From contig OZ076409.1 of assembly GCA_964187785.1 (NCBI GenBank), forward strand, positions 79,052,001 to 79,116,000: a stretch of 64,000 nt of DNA. Direction: 5' to 3'. The translations under genes and the position numbers were made by a program. This DNA comes from Amphiscolops sp. MND2022 (lineage: Eukaryota). Shown here piece after piece: positions 28,233-39,900 of this stretch. Every line of letters starts with the position of its first letter. Positions within the stretch are counted from its first letter, which is position 1. The notes under the pieces are model-generated. The model was not told the origin of the DNA, did not search any database, and saw only the letters and a list, made by a program, of their open reading frames with translations.

Positions 28233-28623
28233 GAAACACTATCAGCGGGTAAGCAGAGAACGAATTATCTGAAGTTGCTTATGAAACAGTTGAGGCTATT
28301 TAATAAGTTTATCAAAACAATTAGGCTGTTGATCACGACTTTGTTTAGGACGTTGAATATGATAGTGTTATAGAACTGGGACAATCAAATTTGGCAGGCA
28401 TGGGAGATGTATGGTGTGTCCCATATGCATTAGGAAACACTATCAGCGGGTAAGCAGAGAACGAATTATCTGAAGTTGCTTATGAAACAGTTGAGCCTAT
28501 TTAATAAGTTTATCAAAACAATTGATCACGACTTTGTTTAGGACGTTGAATATGATAGTGTTATAGAACTGGGACAATCAAATTTGGCAGGCCTGGGAGA
28601 TGTATGGTGTGTCCCATATGCAT
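28233..28623. repeat. ~200-bp tandem duplication
   Basis: GAAACACTATCAGCGG...CCCATATGCAT occurs twice. Confidence 0.92.
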
Positions 28624-29654
28624 CAGTGGTTAGACTTAGTTAGTTGAACGGGATTTGATGCTGACAAGAAGACTTTCTCAACAATGTTTTCCATAAGGTA
28701 GTTTTGTTTGTAGAACGACGAATTTAAATTGATATTGTATACACAAAAAATGGAACATCGCCTTAATTTTTTTTCATCAGTTCAATTCAACAGTGAAAGC
28801 GAGAGAGTTTAAGTTTGTTTCTTGGGAATTCGTATCCATCCTCGAATGAGCTAGTTCTCAACGTTCTATTATAGCTATTTTAATTACTCCATGCCTTATT
28901 AAGATGGAAGATACGTGCATGGTTATGCATCGAATTACATGTAAGCATTGTTATATGCATGCATGGCAATGCAACTATAATGCCAACGGAAACGCTAATG
29001 CGGGCATACACGTGTAGATTTCCAGAGTTTTTTCTCAATTTTAAAACACCTTAAAGCGAACTTCAGCTCTTATTCATTCCGAACAAAGTTTAGAAATCAC
29101 AATCTTCTACAGAACAATTGATTCAATAATGTGCATGTTTTGCAACCTAGCTAGCTAGTTATTTCACGTTTTCAATTACCGAGGGTAAGCTTCTCTTATG
29201 CTAAACCCATTACCCCCTATAAGTTAATTTTATCAAGGCACCATTTTATGAAACAATTTTGTTTCCTCCAGCTTTTCCCTTTTTCAGACATTTCTTTTTA
29301 CACTGAGCTTATTCAGAAGAACAAATTCTGAAGAATATTTTCTTTCTGAATTTCCGTCCATGATAAGAATTCATGGCTAATAGTGAAAGCTTAAAACATC
29401 GCACAACGGATTCATCTGGATTCAGGAATTGAAGCAAGAGAAGTCCGAGATGGCTTTCCTGTTAGGTGAATTTAATGAAACAAATGCCATTCTTGGGGGA
29501 AGTTTTCCGTCAGTTAAAATCAGAGTAATCAGGATGATCTCAAGAGAAAGTTAAATTATACAGTATGTTAATTAGCAAGACGTCCGCTGAGCTGCAGGAT
29601 ATTTTCCGCTCGAACTATTTCAACAACGACATATTCGTAAATCTCGGGCGTAGC

Positions 29655-31938
29655 CAATAAACCTATAAACTTCCCAATTGAGTTCCAAAAAAAGTTCCGA
29701 AAAAAGTTGAAAATATTAAATCTATTTATCACCTTTTAGAAATCAATGATCAAGAAACTAAAAATATTAACATGATGCTAGAAGAATCTTGCTCTAGACC
29801 AGAACTTTTTAACGCTTGCAGAGGTAGAGAGGTAGACAAAAGGTTACCCTGGAGTTTTTAATGCACCATGCGACTGGTTTTTGAATCTGTTTTAGGCCAT
29901 CAAAGGTTACTCTCTTCGATATATTGATGTTTTCAGCAATAAAAAGCGTTTTTGCGAGCCTTGAGTATCCCTCTTTTGGGTTTTTGACACTGTTCGACGT
30001 TTGTTTCGAACAAAATGAAAACAATCCTTCAAATTTGCAATTTGAACGTTTTCAATTGAAAAAATTTTTAAATGTTTTTAAGGGCCCATTTCGGTGTTTT
30101 GGCAGTGTGAGTTTAAAGAAATTTTTTTGGTTGGCTACTTTCAGAGAGATGTTCAAAGTTGAAGGACATTGACCGGGGATTCCTAAAAGTTTGAGAAATT
30201 ATCTCTCGACCTTTTTCCAATTTGTTTTTTACGACGATTCTTAGAATTGGACATACATGTAATTATTTGTTTTTGTTAGGAATGTCATGCAATTGTTACA
30301 AAAGTTATAGATTTCTGTATTTTTGTTGACTTTAGCCCTCATTAAAGTTACTATCAAGTGAGATTGGCTAATTGAACACGTTCGTTCACCTTCATTCTTC
30401 ATGTCACATTTTTTGGTCAGCGTTTTCAATCTAGTTGTAGGGCGAGATAAATAAAATTTTGTAAAACACTGTCAGAGAGCAAAAAAAAGCTTTTTGATTT
30501 TGACATCCAAGTTTGTGTGACATTGCCACGCTTTGCATTAGAAACTTTGAACCAAAAAAAGTGTTTTTGTATCTGATTTTTCCCCATAATGTCTGTTCTA
30601 TAACCTATTTTCAATGAAAAGTTCCCAAATTGAGAATTGGCAGCTCTAGAAGGCTGAAATGTCGAAGTTTCACTTTTCAACTTTTTCGCGAGTTTTATAC
30701 AAATTTTGAATATTCTCGCCTAAAATTAAACCTTCAGATTGATCAATAAACGCCTTTATTTTTAATGCAGAAACATAACTATAGTTTCAGCAACTACAAT
30801 AAACCTATAAACTTCCCAATTGAGTTCCAAAAAAAGTTCCGAAAAAAGTTGAAAATATTAAATCTATTTATCACCTTTTAGAAATCAATGATCAAGAAAC
30901 TAAAAATATTAACATGATGCTAGAAGAATCTTGCTCTAGACCAGAACTTTGTAACGCTTGCAGAGGTAGAGAGGTAGACAAAAGGTTACCCTGGAGTTTT
31001 TAATGCACCATGCGACTGGTTTTTGAATCTGTTTTAGGCCATCAAATGTTACTCTCTTCGATATATTGATGTTTTCAGCAATAAAAAGCGTTTTTGCGAG
31101 CCTTGAGTATCCCTCTTTTGGGTTTTTGACACTGTTCGACGTTTGTTTCGAACAAAATGAAAAACAATCCTTCAAATTTGCAATTTGAACGTTTTCAATT
31201 GAAAAAATTTTTAAATGTTTTTAAGGGCCCATTTCGGTGTTTTGGCAGTGTGAGTTTAAAGAATTTTTTTTGGTTGGCTACTTTCAGAGAGATATTCAAA
31301 GTTGAAGGACATTGACCGGGGATTCCTAAAAATTTGAGAAATTATCTCTCGACCTTTTTCCAATTTGTTTTTTACGACGATTCTTAGAATTGGACATACA
31401 TGTAATTAATTGTTTTTGTTAGGAATGTCATGCAATTGTTACAAAAGTTATAGATTTCTGTATTTTTGTTGACTTTAGCCCTCATTAAAGTTACTATCAA
31501 GTGAGATTGGCTAATTGAACACGTTCGTTCACCTTCATTCTTCATGTCACATTTTTTGGTCAGCGTTTTCAATCTGGTTGTAGGGCGAGATAAATAAAAT
31601 TTTGTAAAACACTGTCAGAGAGCAAAAAAAAAGCTTTTTGATTTTGACATCCAAGTTTGTGTGACATTGCCACGCTTCGCATTTGAAACTTTGAACCAAA
31701 AAAAGTGTTTTTGTATCTGATTTTTCCCCATAATGTCTGTTCTATAACCTATTTTCAATGAAAAGTTCCCAAATTGAGAATTGGCAGCTCTAGAAGGCTG
31801 AAATGTCGAAGTTTCACTTTTCAACTTTTTCGCGAGTTTTATACAAATTTCGAATATTCTCGCCTAAAATTAAACCTTCAGATTGATCAATAAACGCCTT
31901 TATTTTTAATGCAGAAACATAACTATAGTTTCAGCAAC
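29655..31938. repeat. ~1142-bp tandem duplication (junction ~30797)
   Basis: Two near-identical adjacent copies. Confidence 0.95.
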
Positions 31939-32812
31939 TGCATGTTTGTACATAGCTCGATGCAAACGAAAGAATTCGAAACTTCCACAATGACATTTTT
32001 TGCCTTTTTCGGAACTTTCCATTCTATTTGGTTTAATGTTCAGCTCAAAAAATAAAAGGCTCAGAAAATATTCCGTTGCCCATGTCAGAATTTTGGACTG
32101 TTGAATTTTTTCATCTTACATCTTAAAATTGACAGTGATTTCGTCCTTAAATGAGGACAGCGATTTTTTTTCGCAATCAATAAAAAATTACGAAACGCAA
32201 AAAGAATGTTGGAAAACGAACGTTTGTCTTTCTTGTCAAGAATCTATTAGAGTATCTGGGTGAGTATTTGTGTCATTATAGCATTTTCCCGAGCCACCGG
32301 CAAAAAAATAACTGGAAACAAGTGAAAATTTGCATTTTTTATTTCAGAGAAATTGCCTTTTCTCAATAACTGAGCAACTGGTTGCTAAGTTACTGTCCCA
32401 CTCTAATAACACAAGAGGCAACCATTGAAGACGTATATAGAAGTTTATGAGTTTGACCGGCATTTGAAAGCATAGGTAAAGGTCTTTCAAGAGCAGAAAA
32501 CCGATTTGAGCTGCGGCTATTATTCGTGGAGAAATGAAACTTTGTAAAAATTTTGCTAAATTTTTGTCGATTTTTCTACTGCTAAGTGTACTGTCGAGGT
32601 TAAAATCAATTAGATCTCGGATACTCACTGAAAGTTTCATGCTTCCTTAGTTTTGGACGCTGAATTTTATTCACGGTCTGGCGTGCCGTTTGCGCAAATA
32701 GGGAAGCATGAGAAATCTATTGCTCTGTTCTCCTCTGCTGAATAGCTTGCTGACGGCGCTTTTCATGGTTCACCTTTCAGGTACAACGCGTTTCTTTTGA
32801 TCTTTGATGTCT

Positions 32813-33205
32813 TGTTTACTAGGTGAACAAAAAAACAAAACGACGAAAATTTCACTCTTCAAAATTTTAATATCTGTCAACAAGGCACAGAAAACCAAAA
32901 AAAACAAAACAACAGAAATTTCATTTTTCAAATATTTGTAAACAAGGCCCAGAAAATCTTTCACTTTTCCGTCAAACTTGATCTATCATTACGTAATCAA
33001 GGTTGGTTGGAACATTCTGAAAATGTCGAAACGTATTTTCCAGTCAATTCGTTCTCACTTTTGATATGTGATAGTTCTTTCGCTTCGAATAACATTTGTC
33101 AAAGTTGAAAAAGTGGTTTTGAAATTTTTGTTGACAAATATTAGAAATTTTGAGTGCTCAGTAATTTTCATGTGTTCTGTTTTTTTTTGGTTCACCTAGT
33201 AAACA
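32813..33205. mobile_element. MITE-like element with terminal inverted repeats
   Basis: TGTTTACTAGGTGAAC / GTTCACCTAGTAAACA is a perfect 16-bp inverted repeat, extending imperfectly to ~70 bp. Confidence 0.6.
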
Positions 33206-33949
33206 TTCTGCGGTATTACGTCATGTGAAAATGAGTTTCTATAGGTGAAAAGAGAATGAAATGATGAATGAATATCAACGAAGAAAAGATAAAAATCATG
33301 AAGAAAAAAGCGGGTTTCTCAAAAACTTCCAATTATTTGAATTCCCAAACAAATTATGGCACAATGTTTTGTTGTGTCTGTAATTGGTTGCAAAAGAAAA
33401 GTAAATTCAGGCCTACCAGTTAGCAGTATCAATAGAGTTTTGTGAGTAAGAAAACAATTGCAAATTTTGTTTAAAAAGAAATTTCGATTGTGAAGAAGCA
33501 GTTACTTTTTTAACCTGCTCTTTTCTGATTGACTTGAACAGGAAAAGAGAGTGGTTTCACGAGAAAAAAGTTAAATTAGCTTTGGAAATGGGAAAACAAA
33601 GAAACTGAAATTGTATGAAGCGAATAAAAAGAAAAGGTTTTCAAACTAGTAAAAGCGTACGGAAGGAAAATGAGACCCAAAGCTTTCACTCGTTTGAGGA
33701 CATTGTATTTTTATTCTCTTTATTCTTGATAAGACGGGCAAGAGAATGCGTTCAGTGGAACGCTTCCTGAATGTGACATAACAAAATTTCTTATTCACAG
33801 CCTGAGCTTGATGACATTACAGAAAAATTTCCCGAAGCTGATTTCTACGTTTAAATATGGTATTGCGATCACTTAAGAAAAACTATATCATTATAGACAG
33901 AAGCAGTGAAAAGGCACCAAGAAAAGCGAAACAATATAAATTAAACAAT

Positions 33950-34251
33950 AACAAGCCGGGAACGGCCAAAGTCGGCGCTATATCTAAGGCTCAAAAAAAT
34001 TCGAAAAAAGTCGCATAGTGCCGAAAAAAGTGGGGCTAAGGAGGGATCCTTAGTGTGTTTTCGAGGTTCTGGACGTGTTTTGTTTTTTTTTTCTTTTCGT
34101 TTTGGACGCGCTTCTGAGATTCGAGTGTTTTGAACCTCCATAGTTCAAGTTGTTGAACAAATGAACAAAAAAGTGGGACCTTACAAGAGTAAAAAAAACT
34201 ACCCACTGTAAGAGTCGGGCACATTTTCTACTAAAATGCGCCGACTAAAAA
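33950..34251 (-). mobile_element. Family A Helentron-like element, short copy
   Basis: AACAAGCCGGGAACGGCCAAAGTCGGCGC ... GCGCCGACTAAAAA. Confidence 0.8.
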
Positions 34252-35297
34252 GTCATCCGCTGAGTACAGGGGTGGCAATTACCAAACAAGTGTCTCGCAA
34301 ATTGAACAAAACACCAGAAATTAGCTCCACCTGAGTTTGTGATACGAAAAAAAAATAGATAGAACATGCTAGTTCTGCAGTTTTCTGATTAGATATTCAA
34401 TCACGTATATCTCCAAGTGAAACAAAATCTCAATTGGATCCAAAATATCTAAATCAATCTAATCGGGGCTATCTTTCAATTGGCACCACTGCCAAAGAAG
34501 TTAACGGATTTTTAAACAAAATTGCTTATGAAAAATGTCAAAACTCGACACAGTTGGAACATCATTTCTTGAACAGAAAATCAAAACGCAAAACATGTCT
34601 CCGCTCAAAGGTTTTTTTACCATACTACTCATTCAGAAAAAACAATCAGAAAAAAAGCAAGCAAGAAAGATATTGTCTAACGGTGAGAATTTTCTAACGA
34701 CTTTCTTACATTGAGAATTTTTTGACTGGATGATTGAAGAAAAAATTTTGGTCATAAATAAGACTCTTCCTAAAATTTTCCTTGGTCGTAAAAACCATTT
34801 CATAACAAAAAGAGAGTTTCAACAGTTTGATGTTGTATCAAAAACTTGAATGAAAATCGGACGATTGTTATTACAGCTCCACGATTTTTTCTGTAGTCGG
34901 GAAAATGCAAAAAAAAACTTCATCAGTGTCCTCCGAGTTGATAGCAAAACAAATAGCATTACAACTTTTTTGGAAACAAAATCAGGAGCTGGCTTGAAAG
35001 TGCAATAACATTAACTAAAACTGAGGGAACTTTTTTTGACGTTTTTGTGCAAATTTTGTAGCGTATTTGATAATGTTAACCACTAAAAACAAGTTGTTAG
35101 CGCGGAAATCGTCCCTGAGATGGCGGGTGATCTGTAAAAAATTCAAATTTTGAGGGCGGAAAGAAATTCCAAAGAGCCCATTCCTATCAGAAAATTCGCC
35201 ACTTTCTGTCATGTACTTGCTATGCAAAGTCTCTCAAGTAGCTCAAGTTATTGGGCTCTCTTGAAATGACTGAGGAAATTAAAGTAGGATTCATATG

Positions 35298-35591
35298 TGT
35301 TGTTGACAAACAACATAAGCAAGTGACAACTAATGATTGACAGTTCTTTTAGAGCATGAAACCCCTAAAACTAATATGATTGATAACAACTTTTGACCTC
35401 TTCTATAACAGGCTGGTATTTTCGCGTCTGGTTCGGACTGTGTTCAATAATGAAGCACCAAAAAACCTTTCATAGGGAAATTGTCAACCTCATGTGCAGT
35501 AAATCCATACATAAAAACGACCACTATTTCATTTGATATGACTACAGCTTCGAATTAACTCTTCGAATTTTTACTCCTTTTACTGTCGTCA
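35298..35591 (+). repeat. BEL/Pao 5' LTR (may extend to ~35600)
   Basis: TGTTGTTGACAAAC...CTGTCGTCA, a direct repeat of 43251-43544. Confidence 0.93.
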
Positions 35592-35600
35592 GTAAAATAC

Positions 35601-35614
35601 TGGTGCCGCGACCC
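35601..35614 (+). promoter_or_regulatory. Primer binding site, tRNA-His-like
   Basis: TGGTGCCGCGACCC versus the tRNA-His complement TGGTGCCGTGACTC, directly after the 5' LTR. Confidence 0.7.
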
Positions 35615-35639
35615 TGTCTACCAAAAGCTCTCCCAAATT

Positions 35640-35755
35640 ATCCATCCTGCAATCGAAGGAATATCCATCCTCCAATCGAGGGAAAATCCATCCTCCAATC
35701 GAGGGAATTTCCAGCCTCCAATCGAGGGAATATCCATCATCCAATCGAGGGAATA
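35640..35755 (+). repeat. ~23-bp tandem repeat (about 5 copies) in BEL leader
   Basis: ATCCATCCTCCAATCGAGGGAAT units. Confidence 0.9.
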
Positions 35756-36076
35756 TTCCTGGAACCCGCTGTTTCTGGGCCTGTCGAGTGGTCGGAGTGT
35801 GGAGTCGCTGGGCTGTCTGCCGTGCTGTAACGAAGAAGACAGCCCCGTTCGAGGGGTCGTGAGTAAAACACTTGACAAAAAAAACTAAACTGAAAAAAAA
35901 TTATATAATGTTTTTCTTGAATCTCTGAGGCATCAGCGCCTTCCATTCCTTTTGTTTACTTTTCTCTGACACTTGCGTCAGATCCTTGAGCACTTTTGAT
36001 CTTTTCGAAGCATAGTCACAATACCAGACGCAAAAGTGTAACCAGAACTTGATTTGATACTGATTTTGATTAGTCG

Positions 36077-36658
36077 ATGGTGTACATCATAGGCGCAAGC
36101 GGACTCGCTGGATTGTTTCGAAAATTTTCCTATGCAGAAAAACGCCGGTACGGGCCAAAGATCTTCGCCGTGGGTGGCTTGAGTTTTAATCCAAAAGCAA
36201 ACAACAGGTTGAAAATCTTACAAAATTTGCTTAGGCAAGGTCCCCTGCGAGGTAGGCGGGACATTGTGATTTGGCACGGGGTCATTAGCAACACTGTCTC
36301 TGCACATTCAACCAACAATTTCCAACCCTGTTCGGCCAAGGATCTTTTGCCCATAATTGCTGAGTTTGAAGACCGCATTGCGGCAATTTTGTACCTGCAA
36401 CGCACTAGTGAAAGGATAAACATCGTTCGAAAACTCTTCCAAAGTAAAATTTTGATTTTGCACGTTCGCAGACACCTGATATCCCGCCTCGAAAGGCAAA
36501 ATATTTCTGTCCAGTTCGATTTGGTACAAGTACATCCTAGTCTTTTTGAAACAATCCTTCACCATCAAAATAACCTTAAAAGTCTTCTCCGGTTCGGAGC
36601 GAAAACCAAACGCCTTTCAAAGGAGAGAAGAGCGAGACTGAAATCCAAAGTCTTGTAG
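36077..36658 (+). CDS. Accessory ORF upstream of BEL gag, SGNH/GDSL esterase-like (193 aa)
   Basis: VYIIGAS (block I), AVGGLS (II), DIVIWHGVISNT (III), QVHPS (V) and a basic C-terminal tail. ATG-initiated and located between PBS and gag. Confidence 0.65.
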   Translation: MVYIIGASGLAGLFRKFSYAEKRRYGPKIFAVGGLSFNPKANNRLKILQNLLRQGPLRGRRDIVIWHGVISNTVSAHSTNNFQPCSAKDLLPIIAEFEDRIAAILYLQRTSERINIVRKLFQSKILILHVRRHLISRLERQNISVQFDLVQVHPSLFETILHHQNNLKSLLRFGAKTKRLSKERRARLKSKVL

Positions 36659-36950
36659 AAACCAACTCACCTTTTGATAAGAGCGAATTATAGATCCAGC
36701 CCGTTTTTTTTGTTTTTTAGCGCCTTTCTATCTCTTGGTTGATTTTTGCCCCAACTCATTGGACACTAGACCGCCTAAGACGGTCGTGGCCTACCGAGTT
36801 GGGACTTGAGAATCATTACCTCCGCCCCGCGCAGTTTCGTTTTGGCTAGGTTCTCTCTTCTCAACGGACAAAAGACCGCTTAAGACGGTCGTTGCCTACT
36901 GAGTTGAGAGTCCTCGTTTTTCTTTTTTTCGACTTTTCTTTGAAGCAAAA

Positions 36951-39900
36951 ATGGAAGCGTGTGGTTCTAAACCGGAATCATTGCTTGAAACAGCTTCCAG
37001 GGTGTTCAAATCCCGTAATAGATTTGAGAATGAGCTCAGAAATACATATGAAGACCTCCAATCTGTGCTCACCTCTGATACCAAACGAAAAACGAAGGTC
37101 GAAAGCCTTTTAGGACGCGCCGAAGAGAAGTTGCAAAAAGCTATTGCTACTTACAACCAACTGAGAGACCTTGCCCCAAACACTAATGATCCTCAGATAA
37201 CTATCGAAGACCTAGACAAATGGCTCCAAAATGCAATGGCTTGTCACGACAAAACAACGACAATGGCTCGGGATTATTTGGACGGCACTAGCGATAAGGC
37301 CACGGAAGATGCGGAATCTGTTCCATTCCATAAAAGCATTGGCTCACGCTCGCATAAAAGTTCACAACCTTCTTCACGAGCTGCTTCCATGACTTCTAGC
37401 CAACGGCGACGCGCCCTAGAGGCTACTAAGTTACGAGCTCAAGAAGCCGAACGTCAAACTGCAGCTGCGATGCACCTTGAAGAGGACCGCTTCGACCTAA
37501 GACTAAAAGAAATTGCTGAAGAAAAACGCCGCAAATTGAATGAGCTAAAAATAGACGAAATGGAGTTAGCAGATAATTCAAGTGTTCCAAATGATGTAAA
37601 TTCGGCGCCTTTGGGTGTAAACGATGAGGATGGTGGCACTGGTAATCTAACTGCGCGTTGGGTGCACTCGATCGTGAATCAGACCGAACGGGAGATGGGC
37701 GTTCCTCTCCCAACTGATGTCGTTTCCCCAGCAAGCCGTGTCTTAGACCAGGCTACCAGCTCTATCCTCGACAATGTGAAATCCACTACTCACATTGAAG
37801 ATAACCTGAATCAGTCTGCAGACAATATCGGCGACTGACATATCTAATGTTATCGACAACACCATTGTGCCGTCACTTCAGCAACACTTGAACTTTAACT
37901 CCGAAGCCGTGGCAGAACTGCGACCCTGCGTCTTTGGTTCGACTGTCATCTCCACTTCGCATTCGCAACAACGTCCTATTTTTAATGGACAGTTTTCGCT
38001 TCTGACTAATTCGTACGTTCCGAAAATGTCTCTTTGGGTGAATAACCATGCAGCCGCTACGACGTCATCGTGTCTTACAACTACGTGGCATGTACCGATC
38101 TTTACTGCTTGTACAAACACGAACGTCGTGTCAACAACTGGAATAATTCCGCCGCGTGCACAAGGTTCTGTTCATTATGGGAGCTCGCCCTTTCGCACAC
38201 AAACGCTCGTCTTACCGAATACTGGGCCAATATCCGCGCCAATGGGTCACCTTACTCCTTTCGCTGCCTCAACAATTAACGTCGCTCAGCCCGGAGTCAC
38301 AATGCAAAACTTAGTCGAAGCCTTGAAATCGAACCGCAAGGGCCCCCTCCCGGAGTGGACACTTTCCAAGTATGACGGAGACCCGTTGTCATGGCATGAA
38401 ATGTCGGGTTAATTCAAGAGTGCGATCGACTCAGCTAACTTGACGGACGACGAGAAACTCACCTATCTGAAAACTCTTGTGACTGGTAAAGCCAAATTAG
38501 CCATCGCTGACGTTGCGTACTCTGGACGGTTCTATAGAGATAGTGTGAAAACGTTAGAAGGCAAATTTGGCCAGCCACAAGTAGTCGTGGGTGCCTATTT
38601 TGATAAGTTAGCTAGTTACACCCCTGTCAAAATACATAGCTCCGAACAAATAATTGATTTCGCGAATTTCATTGCACGTATTATAGGTGTTTTCCGTTCA
38701 CTGAACTACGAGAATGACTTGAGAGGAGCTGCTTTGTTGAACCAAGCTGTTCACAAACTACCACCAAATCTTCGCGAGCAATTGTCCATGCACACAGTAG
38801 TAAAAGACATGCTGCGACCTACGCTTATCGACTTTAACGATTGGCTCAAACGAAAAGCAGAAGCCCATGAGCGAATGAACGTCTCAGGAACAAGCAAGCC
38901 AAAAGCCGAAGAAAGCAAAGTCAGAAGTAACAGTAAGTCTTTTTCCGCCACAACAGCAGCAACCGGGTCCAGTTTGTCCACTACTCCCAGGCATGCGCGA
39001 CGTACCAACCCGGAAAGTAAATTTATGCCCTGCCCGTGTTGCAAAAGCAAGCACCCATTGTGGAAGTGTGATGAATTTAAGACGAAAACACCTACGCAGC
39101 GCGCGAAACTTGCCGCTGATAACAATTTCCGCTTTCGATGCGTGAATGGTGTACATAGAGCCAGTGAATGCGACAAGAACATACAATGTACATCTCCAGA
39201 CTGTTAAAATCCACGGCAGCATAATACTTTGTTGCACGGCGCAAGTCGCATTTTTCCATTGCGTCAGAAAAAGTCTTCTTCACCGAAGTCGGATAAAAAA
39301 GCTAGCACTACTGTCTTGAGCGGTAGTAAGTCTACCTGTAGTTATGCCGCAACGGATATCGACACAGGGGGTCTTATACCTGTCGTTTTGGTGAACATCT
39401 CCAGTCGTTGTGGATCTGCGGAAGTCTTAGCTTTGTGTGATACTGGGAGCGTTCACTCTTGAGTATCTGACAGGCTAGCCAAATCATTGTCTCTCACCGG
39501 CTCTCCCTCGAAGGTCTCCCTCAGTGGCATTTTATCCAATCAAGAAGTCATAACCGAACATGTTGAAGTTGTAGTTTCGTCGCTGTATGCCGATCCTTTC
39601 TTTTCATTTGACCTTAAACCATTCACGAAATCTTTGACACTCGGAAAAGAGCTCATTGACATACCGGAATTACAAAAGCAACATCCGCATCTCGCTCCCA
39701 TCCCTCCCATCGTTTATAATTACTCCGATATTCAGCTCATTATTGGTCAAGACGCGTATTACGCTATTCACCCAATTAATGCCTTCAAGGGTGACCCCAT
39801 GAATGACCCGTGGGCTGTTCAGCTGCCGTTAGGGTGGGCTCTATGTGGTGCAACACCTGAGCGAACGTCCGCTTCGTTTGTCTCCACGTGTTTTAGGGCT

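Noticed and set aside
35640..35755. CRISPR-like array
   Set aside because: Contiguous tandem units with no unique spacers, inside a retrotransposon leader.
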